Below, piece by piece: positions 19,352-29,300 of a DNA stretch of 56,710 nt. The notes under the pieces were generated by a model that was given only the letters and a program-made list of their open reading frames with translations, was not told where the DNA came from and ran no database searches. Source of the stretch: an uncultured Selenomonas sp. GTDB taxonomy: Bacteria; Bacillota; Negativicutes; Selenomonadales; Selenomonadaceae. Every line of letters starts with the position of its first letter. Positions within the stretch are counted from its first letter, which is position 1. The stretch is from the NCBI GenBank assembly GCA_963552975.1, contig CAUVMF010000001.1, positions 1-56,710 of the forward strand, written 5' to 3'. The position numbers and the translations under genes are program-made.

Positions 19352-20714
19352 ACACGCTGTAAGGCGTCTGCGCCCGATCCTTCTTGGTGCAGCGCTGCTG
19401 CTCCTGCCGGTTGTTCCTGCACACGCGTCGTTGCCCGTTCAGGGGGCGGCAGCGACGGCCGCATATTGGATGCGTGCAGACGGTGATGTACCCCTCCTCT
19501 CAGCGGAGGAGCGCGCGGCACGTGAGCGGAAGAGTGTTGTGGAGGGGCTTCTCTACGATCTTGTCGATGCACCGCAGTGGCGTACAGGGCGTACGCTGCG
19601 GCGGGAGGTTGAGCGGGCGGCGCAGGGTCTTGACCGTAGCCTACCGGAGGTCTATGCGGGAGGCGACCCCCTCACACGGGCGGCATGGGACAGCACCTTG
19701 GATCAACGTGCCATCGGGGAGATCGGCAGGAAGGTCAGAGCGCGTCCCGCCGTCGCCGTACGCCGCGCGGATGTACGGCTTCTGCCGACCGACGAAGGGT
19801 GGTACGAGGATCCGGACGACGTGGACTATGACCTGCTGCAGGGGACGGTACTCGACCCGGGGGAGGCAGTCCTTGTCCTGCACGAGGCGCAGGACGGACG
19901 GTTCGTCTTCGTCGAGACGCGCGACTACCGGGGCTGGGTTGATGCGCGTGCGCTCGCCGATACGGATTGGAAGACATGGCGCACCTTCGCCGCGCCGGCG
20001 GAGTTCTTCACCGTGACGACCGCGCAGCTGCGCATGGACGAGGGGCTGCAGTATCAGCTTGGGGCGCAGATCCCGGGCAGACGGGCAGCGGATGGGACAT
20101 TGCTTCTCCTCCTGCCGAAACGGGATGTGGAGGGACATCTCGCCGTGCAGGAGAAACGGAAGTCCGACGACGGAAGTCTTGCCGTAGGACGCCTGCCGCT
20201 CACCCACAACAATCTCATGCGCCTCGCGTTCGCGCCGCTCTATACGGAGTACGGCTGGGGCGGGGCAAATGAGGGGATGGACTGCTCATCCTATGTACAG
20301 AATATCTATCGTGCGATGGGGGTAGACCTGCCGCGCGATGCGGATATGCAGGAGCGTGCCTGTTCGCTTCTGCCTCTTGCCGGATTATCTGCGGCGGAGC
20401 GTTATGCGCTCCTTGCAGATGTGCCGCCGGGATCGCTTCTCTTTCGTCCCGGTCATGTCATGCTCTATCTCGGACGGGATGCGGGGGGCAGACCGCTCGT
20501 GATACATGACATCAGCAGTTACTATGCAGACGGCGAAAAGCAATATATCAGACAGGTCGTCGTCTCAACGCTCGAATTTCAAAATGCAAGCGGCACTGCT
20601 GCAATCGATACGCTTGATGCGATCGGTTTCATTGCTCCGGCGCCATGGATATGGGGACATATGCCCTGCGGTCAGAGCAGGACGGATATGGAGGGGACAA
20701 ATGGGACTCTTTGA
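19344..20714 (+). CDS. Secreted NlpC/P60 cell-wall peptidase with SH3-like domains
   Basis: Signal peptide, YGWGG...DCSS catalytic Cys, LPRDA, PGHVMLYLG; start position approximate. Confidence 0.88.
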   Translation: MTEHAVRRLRPILLGAALLLLPVVPAHASLPVQGAAATAAYWMRADGDVPLLSAEERAARERKSVVEGLLYDLVDAPQWRTGRTLRREVERAAQGLDRSLPEVYAGGDPLTRAAWDSTLDQRAIGEIGRKVRARPAVAVRRADVRLLPTDEGWYEDPDDVDYDLLQGTVLDPGEAVLVLHEAQDGRFVFVETRDYRGWVDARALADTDWKTWRTFAAPAEFFTVTTAQLRMDEGLQYQLGAQIPGRRAADGTLLLLLPKRDVEGHLAVQEKRKSDDGSLAVGRLPLTHNNLMRLAFAPLYTEYGWGGANEGMDCSSYVQNIYRAMGVDLPRDADMQERACSLLPLAGLSAAERYALLADVPPGSLLFRPGHVMLYLGRDAGGRPLVIHDISSYYADGEKQYIRQVVVSTLEFQNASGTAAIDTLDAIGFIAPAPWIWGHMPCGQSRTDMEGTNGTL

Positions 20715-21228
20715 CGGATTCAAGGGCGGTGAAAACGCCGCCACAGTGGGAATCAAGGATGCGATCAAGGAAGAGCTGGATCGCAACGACTGGAACTATG
20801 AGATCAGTGATGAGAGTGAGGAAGATCGCCAGGAGACGTACTTCTACATGAGGAACGAACTCGAGAACGATGAGGCAGTGACGGCGGTCATCGTCGTGCG
20901 CGAGTTGTACGATCAAGTCGATGATGCCGACGGGTTCATCAAGATCAAACTCTACGACATCGCCTATCTGGAGGAGCCCGAGTTGCGCGCGGAGCTGCTC
21001 GCGAAGATCAACGCGTGGAACGGCGAATTTCGCTATGTAAAATTCTGCCTTGACCGCGACGAGGACGTCGTCCTCGACATCGATCTGCCGCTTGATCTCC
21101 ACAGGGGGAAATTTCAGCCGGACAGCGTCATGGCGATGGTGGCGGTTGGCATGCGTGTCGTAGATAAGGTTTACGACGACCTGATGGAACTGTGCACGCG
21201 CGGGCATAAGCCGCGTCCGCAGGAATGA
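20701..21228 (+). CDS. YbjN-like (type III secretion chaperone fold) protein, copy A
   Basis: Acidic protein with INAWNGEFRYVKFCLD motif; RBS GGAGG. Confidence 0.7.
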   Translation: MGLFDGFKGGENAATVGIKDAIKEELDRNDWNYEISDESEEDRQETYFYMRNELENDEAVTAVIVVRELYDQVDDADGFIKIKLYDIAYLEEPELRAELLAKINAWNGEFRYVKFCLDRDEDVVLDIDLPLDLHRGKFQPDSVMAMVAVGMRVVDKVYDDLMELCTRGHKPRPQE

Positions 21229-21273
21229 GGAGCACGCGGCTCTCTGCATATGCAAGTTGAATGGAGGAACTGT

Positions 21274-21759
21274 ATGGGACTTTTTGACGGCTTCAGCGGA
21301 AACGACGAAGGGCTCAAGAACAGCGCGTTTGAAGCGATTAAGGCGGAACTCGATAAACAGGATATAAAATACGGTGAGGATGTGACCGAGGACGGCGAGG
21401 AACACATCATTCGCCTGCGGCAGCAACTCGACAACGGCAGCGTCGTGAGCATTGCGATCGTTGTCACGGAGAACGGCGACACGAACGATTTCATCAAGAT
21501 CAAATACTTCGGCATGGTGCGCCTGGAGGAGGAAGCGGATCCAACGGCGTTCCATGAGAAGCTCAACGAGTGGAATAGTCAGTACCGTTATGTAAAATTT
21601 GTGGTGGACGACGAGCGCGATGTCGTCGTGGACATCGACCTGCCGCTCGACCTGCACGTTGGTGCCTTTCAGGCGGACAGCTTTATGGCGATGGTCGGCG
21701 TCGGACTGCAGGTGCTCGAGGAGATCTATCCCGAGATGATGAAGCTGCGCTGGGCGTGA
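21274..21759 (+). CDS. YbjN-like protein, copy B
   Basis: Paralog of the preceding gene (MGLFDGF..., FIKIK, LNEWNSQYRYVKF, DIDLPLDLH). Confidence 0.7.
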   Translation: MGLFDGFSGNDEGLKNSAFEAIKAELDKQDIKYGEDVTEDGEEHIIRLRQQLDNGSVVSIAIVVTENGDTNDFIKIKYFGMVRLEEEADPTAFHEKLNEWNSQYRYVKFVVDDERDVVVDIDLPLDLHVGAFQADSFMAMVGVGLQVLEEIYPEMMKLRWA

Positions 21760-21780
21760 ACATGGAACGTAATGGAACGT

Positions 21781-21813
21781 AAATGGGGTGCTGCACGATG
21801 CAGCACCCCATTT
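21781..21813. terminator. Bidirectional terminator between convergent genes
   Basis: AAATGGGGTGCTGCA-CGA-TGCAGCACCCCATTT perfect inverted repeat. Confidence 0.85.
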
Positions 21814-21818
21814 CAATT

Positions 21819-22547
21819 TCAGCTTCTCTTTGTATGGTCGATCTGCGGCACCTTCAGCCCCTTGCGCAGGTAGCTCTGCTGCAGCTGATAGATGCTCTGA
21901 ACGAGTCGCTCGCGTTCACGGTTTTCGAGCGTTTCGCCGAACATCACGCCGATGTGATAGGTCATGCCGAGATTCGTCTCGATCGGCGTCGCCCTGCGGA
22001 TCGTCCCCTCCGTTTCCAGCGTCCCGATACGCGGGAGCTCCGGCACGCGTACGCTGATGGGCGCATCGATAATCAACGGCTCGTCATGGACAAAGCAGAG
22101 CCCGCCGCCGCTGATGTCGATGAGCGCAACCTCGCGGTAGTTCTTGAGACTGCCATGATCACCGGGCAGCTTCACCTCAATGGACATCGGAATCGGCACG
22201 CGGACGAAGTCGCGCAGCTGAACGCGCTCGGCGCTCTCGGGGATGTCGAGATACCAGACGGTATCAGGCAGCGGCGCAGCGGAGCGATAGGGCACGGTGA
22301 AGTGATAGACACAACCCGCACCCGTGAGATGACACTGAAATACCTGCCCGACCTCGGGCGTGTCGACGTATTTCCCGATGGGGATGTCCAGCCGTATGGC
22401 AAGTGCACCCGCCGGCCTGCCCGCCGCCTGCTCCTCCTCGCTGAGCTCGAGCGTACCGTAGCAGTCGATCGCGAGCTCCTTTTCGATGATGTGAACGGCG
22501 GATCCGTGTCGCAGGAGAGCCGTGAGTTTGTCCCCCTCAAGCGTCAT
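21819..22547 (-). CDS. PilZ-domain c-di-GMP-binding protein (YcgR/flagellar brake type)
   Basis: QLRDFVR (RxxxR) and DISGGG motifs with an N-terminal YcgR-like domain. Confidence 0.9.
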   Translation of the reverse strand: MTLEGDKLTALLRHGSAVHIIEKELAIDCYGTLELSEEEQAAGRPAGALAIRLDIPIGKYVDTPEVGQVFQCHLTGAGCVYHFTVPYRSAAPLPDTVWYLDIPESAERVQLRDFVRVPIPMSIEVKLPGDHGSLKNYREVALIDISGGGLCFVHDEPLIIDAPISVRVPELPRIGTLETEGTIRRATPIETNLGMTYHIGVMFGETLENRERERLVQSIYQLQQSYLRKGLKVPQIDHTKRS

Positions 22548-22638
22548 GACATCATACCCTTTCTTTCTTGTCTCTATTTCTTTGAGTTAAGGATAACAAA
22601 GTATTGTGACAAAGTCAATTTATCCGCACTGTGCGGCT

Positions 22639-22667
22639 TTGACTTTGTTCCCCGTTCGGGCTATAAT
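22639..22667 (+). promoter_or_regulatory. sigma70 promoter for yaaR-holB
   Basis: TTGACT-17 nt-TATAAT. Confidence 0.7.
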
Positions 22668-22715
22668 AATGATTGGTGAAATCTATCATTTGATAAAATA
22701 AGGGAAAAGGGATCG

Positions 22716-23180
22716 GTGGACGCGATGGCGATGAAGATAGACAGCAGCATTGCACGGAGTGCATCGCTCACAATGCCGCGTGCGGAAACGGATGTGGGGG
22801 TGCGCGGGGCGGCGACGGACTTCAGTATGGAACTGGCGGATCAGGAGTCATCCATGTCGCGCGAGGCAATGGATCGTCTGCTCGAGCAGATCGACGAGCA
22901 GGGCGCGCGCCTCTCGAAGTCGCCGACGTTCGACGAACTGCGCTCGTATCGCTCGCTCATCCAGAGCTTCATCGGCGAAGCCGTTGGCACGATGTACGAG
23001 CTGCGCACGCAGGCGGGGTGGGATCGCCTCGGACGGCAGAAGGTCTATACCTCCGTGCGCAAGATCGACAAGAAACTCGAGGAGATGGCGGAGAAAATCC
23101 GTCTCGGACAGGCGGATCAGCTCGACATCATCGCGAGTCATGACGCCATCAGAGGGCTGCTCGTCGACCTCTATATGTGA
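22716..23180 (+). CDS. yaaR: YaaR/DUF327 family protein
   Basis: Directly upstream of holB; C-terminal IRGLLVDLYM; true start may be 22725 or 22731. Confidence 0.8.
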   Translation: MDAMAMKIDSSIARSASLTMPRAETDVGVRGAATDFSMELADQESSMSREAMDRLLEQIDEQGARLSKSPTFDELRSYRSLIQSFIGEAVGTMYELRTQAGWDRLGRQKVYTSVRKIDKKLEEMAEKIRLGQADQLDIIASHDAIRGLLVDLYM

Positions 23181-24229
23181 TGGCGCGGACGAAAAAAATA
23201 CTGCCTGCCGCAGCCGTAGAGGAAGAACGCGAGGCATTTCCGCATGACTGGACGGACATCCGCGGGCATGCGGAGATCATCCGACGGCTGCGCGCGCTTG
23301 CCGCAGCGGAGCGACTTCCCCACGCACTCCTGTTCAGTGGGATGGAGGGGATCGGCAAACGGCGCACGGCGCGCGTCCTCGCGCGGACACTCCTCTGCGC
23401 GGCCGGGGGAGATGCACCCTGCGGGCACTGTGATTCCTGCCGTACAATGATGGCAGGCGTTCATCCCGACTATTTCGAGGCCGCACCCGAGGCACGTGGC
23501 AAGAGCGCCGCGATGATCCGCACGGATGCCGTGCGTGAGATCCTGATCGCCGCATCGGGAGCGCCCGTCAGTGCGACGCGGCGGATCATCCTCATCGACG
23601 GGGCAGACCGCATGAATGAGGCGGCGGCGAACCGCCTCTTAAAGACGCTTGAGGAGCCGACGGGCGCGGTGCTCTTCATCCTCGTGACACATGCCTATGA
23701 TGCCGTCTTGCCGACGATTCGCTCGCGTGCCGTGCGCATCTCCTTCGGTACACTGCCGCCTGCGGACATCGAGGCGGCGCTCGTCGAGCGCGGTACAGAG
23801 AATGCGGCGACGATTGCGGCGCTTGCGAACGGCAGTCTCGGACGCGCATATGCACTCGCCGAGGAGGGACTTGCCCTGCGCGACGATGCACTCGATCTCC
23901 TTGCGCAGCTGCCCGGCCTCAGCATTGAGAACATCTGGGCACGCGCCGAGGCGCTCGGCGCACGTCCGCATGAGGAGCGTACAGCGTGGCTCTCCTACGT
24001 GCAGATGGCGCTGCGCGACCTCCTCGTCCTTTATGAAAGCGGTGCGGCTCCACTCTATCATACAGATCACCGCGATGACCTCACGGCACTTCTTACGCGC
24101 ATGACACACGCCGACATCTTCACGCTCCTCGACGGGGTGCGGGAGCTCGATCAGCGCTTTGCGGCAAACGTGAACCCCGCCCTGCAGGTGGAAGCGTTTT
24201 TACTACGGGCACGAAAACAATTCATTTGA
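23177..24229 (+). CDS. holB: DNA polymerase III delta' subunit
   Basis: HALLFSG-EGIGK, zinc motif CGHCDSC, HPD, AANRLLKTLEEP, TIRSR. Confidence 0.93.
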   Translation: MMARTKKILPAAAVEEEREAFPHDWTDIRGHAEIIRRLRALAAAERLPHALLFSGMEGIGKRRTARVLARTLLCAAGGDAPCGHCDSCRTMMAGVHPDYFEAAPEARGKSAAMIRTDAVREILIAASGAPVSATRRIILIDGADRMNEAAANRLLKTLEEPTGAVLFILVTHAYDAVLPTIRSRAVRISFGTLPPADIEAALVERGTENAATIAALANGSLGRAYALAEEGLALRDDALDLLAQLPGLSIENIWARAEALGARPHEERTAWLSYVQMALRDLLVLYESGAAPLYHTDHRDDLTALLTRMTHADIFTLLDGVRELDQRFAANVNPALQVEAFLLRARKQFI

Positions 24230-24239
24230 ATTGTTTTAT

Positions 24240-24400
24240 GGAATCGCTGATAAAATGAAGCCCGTCGGATTGGTGCAGATTTTTTGTCCTGTCAAGGAGA
24301 CAAACCGGACGCATAGCATAGACTATGTGGAGGATTTGTCGACACAGACAGGGCGAAAAAGATGTGCTAAGACGGCGGTGCTGAATTTATCAGTGCTTCC
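24240..24400 (+). mobile_element. MITE-like repeat, copy 2 (161 bp, TSD TTAT)
   Basis: Same terminal inverted repeats; TTAT at 24236-24239 and 24401-24404. Confidence 0.9.
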
Positions 24401-24433
24401 TTATATATAGATATAGATTCCCAGGAGGAAGTT

Positions 24434-25507
24434 TTGCAAACGATTGTAGGTGTCCGCTTTAAGCCGGCGGGCAAGATATATTCATTCAGACAGGGACAGC
24501 TCACGATCGCCGAGGGCGACCACGTCATTGTCGAGACCACACGCGGCATGGAGTGTGGCAAGGTCGTCATTGCGCCGCGCGAGGTGCCGGACACGTCCGT
24601 TTCGCCGAACTTGCGTATCGTACACCGCATCGCCGATGCCTCCGATCTCGCACGGATTGATGAGAACCGCGCACGCGAATGTGAGGCACGCACCGTCTGT
24701 GAGGAGAAGATTCGTGAGCTCGGCCTCAAGATGAAACTCGTCGACGTGGAGCTCACCTTTGACCTCTCGAAGATGCTCTTTTACTTCACAGCAGATGGGC
24801 GCGTCGACTTCCGCCAGCTCGTGCGCGAACTCGCGAGCGTATTCCGTACGCGCATCGAGCTGCGTCAGATTGGCGTGCGCGACGAGGCGAAGATGATGGG
24901 CGGCATGGGCTGCTGTGGTCGTCCGCTTTGCTGCGCCACCTTTCTCGGGGATTTCGTTCCCGTCTCCATCCGCATGGCAAAGGAGCAGAACCTCTCGCTC
25001 AACCCGACGAAGATCTCAGGCATCTGCGGGCGGCTCATGTGCTGCCTGAAATACGAGAGTGACGGCTATGGCTGTGACGGCTGTATGCGTGCGAAAAAGG
25101 TGGAGTATACGCCCGCGCAGAACGATCGTGTCGTTGCCGAGGACGGTGAGGGGCGCATCGTGGCACTCAGCGAGCAGCGTCGTACGGCGACCATTCTGAT
25201 GGACGACGGCATGACCGTCGTCGCCGCATGGGAGGACATCGCACGAGTTGAGGGCGAGGGCAGTGAACCGCGTGCACGCGTAGCGCGCGAGGAGCGTACA
25301 CCGAGAGAGGGACACGCGCGCCGTAACGGACGTGAGCGGCGGGAACGCCCCGCAGGAGCAAAACCGCGCGAGCGCGGCGAACGGAGAGAGCATGGAGATC
25401 GCACGGAGTGCTCCGCAAAGAACGCGGGTGAACGCCGCCGCCCGCAGAGCAGACGGCGGCACAGCCGAGCACCGCGCTCACATCAGGGCGAAGCCACCGA
25501 TGAGTGA
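24434..25507 (+). CDS. yaaT: PSP1-domain protein YaaT/RicT
   Basis: VGVRFK, RVDFRQLV, RIELRQIGVRDEAK, CCGRPLCC, KISGICGRLMCCL; TTG start with AGGAGG. Confidence 0.93.
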   Translation: MQTIVGVRFKPAGKIYSFRQGQLTIAEGDHVIVETTRGMECGKVVIAPREVPDTSVSPNLRIVHRIADASDLARIDENRARECEARTVCEEKIRELGLKMKLVDVELTFDLSKMLFYFTADGRVDFRQLVRELASVFRTRIELRQIGVRDEAKMMGGMGCCGRPLCCATFLGDFVPVSIRMAKEQNLSLNPTKISGICGRLMCCLKYESDGYGCDGCMRAKKVEYTPAQNDRVVAEDGEGRIVALSEQRRTATILMDDGMTVVAAWEDIARVEGEGSEPRARVAREERTPREGHARRNGRERRERPAGAKPRERGERREHGDRTECSAKNAGERRRPQSRRRHSRAPRSHQGEATDE

Positions 25508-26240
25508 CGTGACACTGCACCCGAACGAGCGGATCGACGACCTGTGCACAGGCGGACGGCGCATCATCCAACGCACGGATGAATTCTGTTTCTCTATGGA
25601 TGCCGTACTTCTCGCGCATTTCCCACGGCTCACAGGGCGCGAGCGCGTGCTCGATCTTGGCACGGGGACGGGCGTCATCTCTCTGCTCATTGCGGACAGG
25701 GCGCGGGAGATTATGGCAGTGGAACTGAATCCTGTGCAGGTGGAACTTGCCGTGCGGAATGTGCGCATGAACAATCTCACTGAGAAGATTACGGTGCGGG
25801 AGGGCGACTATCGTGACCCTCCCGCACTTTTTGCGTGCGCGGCGTATGATCTCGTCTTCAGCAATCCGCCCTATCGCCCCGTTGAGAGCGGAGCTGTCAG
25901 CATGGGCGCACGTGCGGCGGCGCGGCACGAGATCACCGCGACCCTTGCCGACACCGTGCGCGCGGCTTCGTTTGCTCTGCGTCACGGCGGGCGGCTCGCC
26001 ATGGTGCACTTGCCCGAGCGCCTCGGCGAGATTGTCCTTGCCCTTCATGCGGAGCATCTTGCCGTCAAGCGGCTGCGTATGGTGCAGCCGCACGCCGATC
26101 GTGCGCCGAACCACGTGCTCATCGAGGCAGTGAAGGGGGCGGCTCTTGCGGGCATGCGCCACGAACCCGCACTCATCGTGCGCGACGCGGAGGGGAACTA
26201 TACGGAGGAGATCCGTCGTATCTACGGACAGGAGATGTGA
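25500..26240 (+). CDS. tRNA1(Val) A37 N6-methyltransferase (YabB/TrmN6 family)
   Basis: FSMDAVLLA, LDLGTGTG, SNPPY, ARHE; start overlaps the yaaT stop region. Confidence 0.9.
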   Translation: MSDVTLHPNERIDDLCTGGRRIIQRTDEFCFSMDAVLLAHFPRLTGRERVLDLGTGTGVISLLIADRAREIMAVELNPVQVELAVRNVRMNNLTEKITVREGDYRDPPALFACAAYDLVFSNPPYRPVESGAVSMGARAAARHEITATLADTVRAASFALRHGGRLAMVHLPERLGEIVLALHAEHLAVKRLRMVQPHADRAPNHVLIEAVKGAALAGMRHEPALIVRDAEGNYTEEIRRIYGQEM

Positions 26241-26248
26241 ACTTATGA

Positions 26249-26277
26249 TTGACGTTTGTGGACGATCGTAATATAAT
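26249..26277 (+). promoter_or_regulatory. sigma70 promoter for autotransporter 1
   Basis: TTGACG-17 nt-TATAAT. Confidence 0.7.
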
Positions 26278-26368
26278 AGAAAAATGAGAAAGTTTCATAG
26301 CTGAGGAATGCGGCGCACTGCGCTGCAAGGATGGATTCTTTCCACGGTATGATGAAGGGGAGAAAGCA

Positions 26369-29300
26369 ATGCTCAAAGGAATGAAAGCAAAGCGGCAGCT
26401 TGCCGCATTTGTCGCGCTTGCCGTCGGCGGCGCGTTTGCAGGGATGCCTGCAGCGTATGCGGCACAGAGCACGACGGTCGGCACGAACGACACGCGGCTG
26501 GCTCCGGCAACAGGAACATCGCCTAGTACCGCATATCCGGGGATCAATGGCACGGCACTGTTGAACGGTTCGGTGACGGATAATACCCTCACGGTCGGAA
26601 CAGCAGGGACGACCAACCTCCCCTTTGTGCGCGGAGATGTCTCGGCGGGCGGCACAGCGACGACAAACACGGCTGTGACGGGAAATACCCTGATCATCAA
26701 TAACATCAGCCTCACAGGAAATGCCTATGGCGGCATTGGTCTCAACATCGCGCAGACCTCGGGCGCGGCGCAGACGAATCCGAATGTCGTAAAGATGAAC
26801 GGCGGCGCGGTCACGGGCGCCGTGATTGGTGTGCGCTCGACCGCGGGCGGCGTGACGAACGGCGGGGTGGAACTTGCGGGCGGCACAGTGACTGCAGGAA
26901 CGAACGGCATCGCGATTGCGGGCGGCATGGGAAAGACCTCTGCCATCAACAACACAGTTACGATAGCAAATGGCACGGTCGCGGGCAAGGTCTACGGCGG
27001 CTATGCTGAGAATGCGGCCGGCGGAACAACGGGCAACCGCGTTATCCTCGGCGATGTGAACGGGAGTGCCACACCGAACCTCAGCAATGCGTCCATCTAC
27101 GGAGGCAGCAACTCCACGGGCGTTTCGGGCGGCAGCCTCGATGCCATTCGGAACAACCACCTGATTGTGCAGACCAAGGGCATTACGGCAAACTCCGCGC
27201 AAAACTTCCACACGTACGAATTCCATCTGAACACGGGTGTTGCAGCGGGCAACACCATGCTCACGCTGACGAACAATAATGACGCGCTCGGGCGTACGGT
27301 CGCGTGGGGGGACATCAAGGTCGACGCGACGGGGTGGAGCGGCAAGACCGTCAACGCACGGAATCAGAACGTGCAGAACTACTACGGCGATGTCGGCACG
27401 GTCACGCTGATGGCTGACGGCAACACAGCGACCAATCGCACATCGAATCTGAGATTCTCGGGCTATACCGCGCCCGGTACGACGGATTGGAGCGGCGACT
27501 ACGAGTACCGCATCAAGCTGCGCACGCAGACGGATACGGCAACCTCGACGACGCGCAACTACGTTGACGCAGAGCTCCATCGCTACCAGAACGCGAACCA
27601 TACGCATACGGGTGGTCTCAGCAGCGGGAAAAATACAATCTATGGCGGCTATTCCATCTGGGAAAACCTCGGCGGACAGACCGGCAATAAAAAGGTCGTC
27701 CAGGACAATACCCTTGTACTCAACAACGCGACGGGGCTCGTTTCGGGCTACGGCGGCTACACCTCCACGGGCGCAGATGCCGTGCGGAATAAGCTGACGC
27801 TGAACTCCGGCACGATCGAAAATCTCTTTGGCGGTGTTGCAACGGGGACGGGACTGGTCGATTACAATGAGGTCACGGTCGCGGATGGCACGGTGACATG
27901 GGACATTTTCGGCGGCAAATCGGATAATTTGACCTCGGGCAATGGCATTGCCTACAGCGGCACGGGGGCGGTCACGAACAACAGCGTCACCGTCAACAAG
28001 GGAACGGTCAATCGCATCACGGGCGGCTACGGCACAACCACGGTCAGCTCGAACAGCGTTGCGATTAACGGCGGAGCAAATGCCTCGCGTACCACGGTCT
28101 ACCCCGTTGTGCGTGGAGAGGTCAAGGGCGGCGCGATTCGCGGCGATAACAGCGTGGACCGCAAAGCTGAGCAGAATACGGTCACGATCACCGAGGGCGA
28201 CATTCAGGCTGCCGTCTACGGTGTATTCGGTGAACTCTTTGGCGCGGGCAGCGGATCGAGTACGAAGGTGCAGACGGTCAACGACAATCACGTCAAGATC
28301 AGCGGTGGCTCTACCCACAAGGTTTACGGTGCGTATCTGACGGGCTATGGCGGGCAGACGGGCACCGGTACGGCGACGAACAACACCGTCGAGATCTCGG
28401 GTACCGCAAAGGTCTCTGAAACAGCATACGGTGCAGCGGCAGACGGCAACGCAAGCCTTGACAAAAACAGCGTCACCGTCAAGGGCGGCTCCGTGCATGA
28501 TGTCTATGGTGCGACGGCGAACGGCACGGGTGCTGTGAAGGGCAATAGCGTCACCATCGAGGACGGCAGGGTGGATGACAACGTCGTCGGCGGTGAGAAC
28601 ACCTCAACGAGCACGAAGGCGGGCTCTGTTACGGGCAATACGGTCACGGTCAAGGGCGGCGAAATCGTCGGCGACATCTATGGCGGCGTGACCTATGCAG
28701 CGAAATCCTCCGGCGGCAATACCGTCACCATTACGGGCGGTACGCTCACGGGCGGTACGCGTCCCGACGGCACGCTGCGCGGCAATGTGTACGGCGGCTA
28801 CGCGCGTGGGACGGATACATCGGTCGAGCAGAACAATGTGGTCAACCTCGGGGCGGATGACGGCAGCTACACGGCGAACCTTACACAGGCGACCATCTAT
28901 GGCGGGCACAGCACAGCGACGGGCAATACGCTGAATGTCAAGGGGCAGAACATTACCATCAAGGGTGTTCACAATTTCACGAACTATAATTTCTACCTCA
29001 CGGACAAGATCGACAAGAACGCAACGATGCTGAAGGTGACCGATCACAACGGTTTTGAAAATCAGTATTCGGGCACGACGCCGGTGGACTTCGCGAACAT
29101 CAAGATCAGCCTCAAAAATATGTCGTCGAAGCAGATCGCGGGGCAGGTCACACTCCTCGAGGGCGATGACGACAACGCGCTGAAATTCCAAAACTACACA
29201 CCGACGGCAGCGTGGCTGATCTCCCCGACACACAGCGACTACGAGTACGCACTGCGCCTCGTGCGTTCCGACGGCACCGAGGCTCCCACCGGCAGGACGA

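Noticed and set aside
21762..21781. Tandem ATGGAACGTA x2
   Set aside because: Only two units next to a terminator; no spacers or other sign of function.
24295..24320. Similarity of the element core (CAAACC-GGACGCA-AGC) to the c-di-GMP-I (GEMM) riboswitch
   Set aside because: The GNRA-capped P2 stem and the P3 region are absent, and the sequence sits in a TIR/TSD-bounded repeat.
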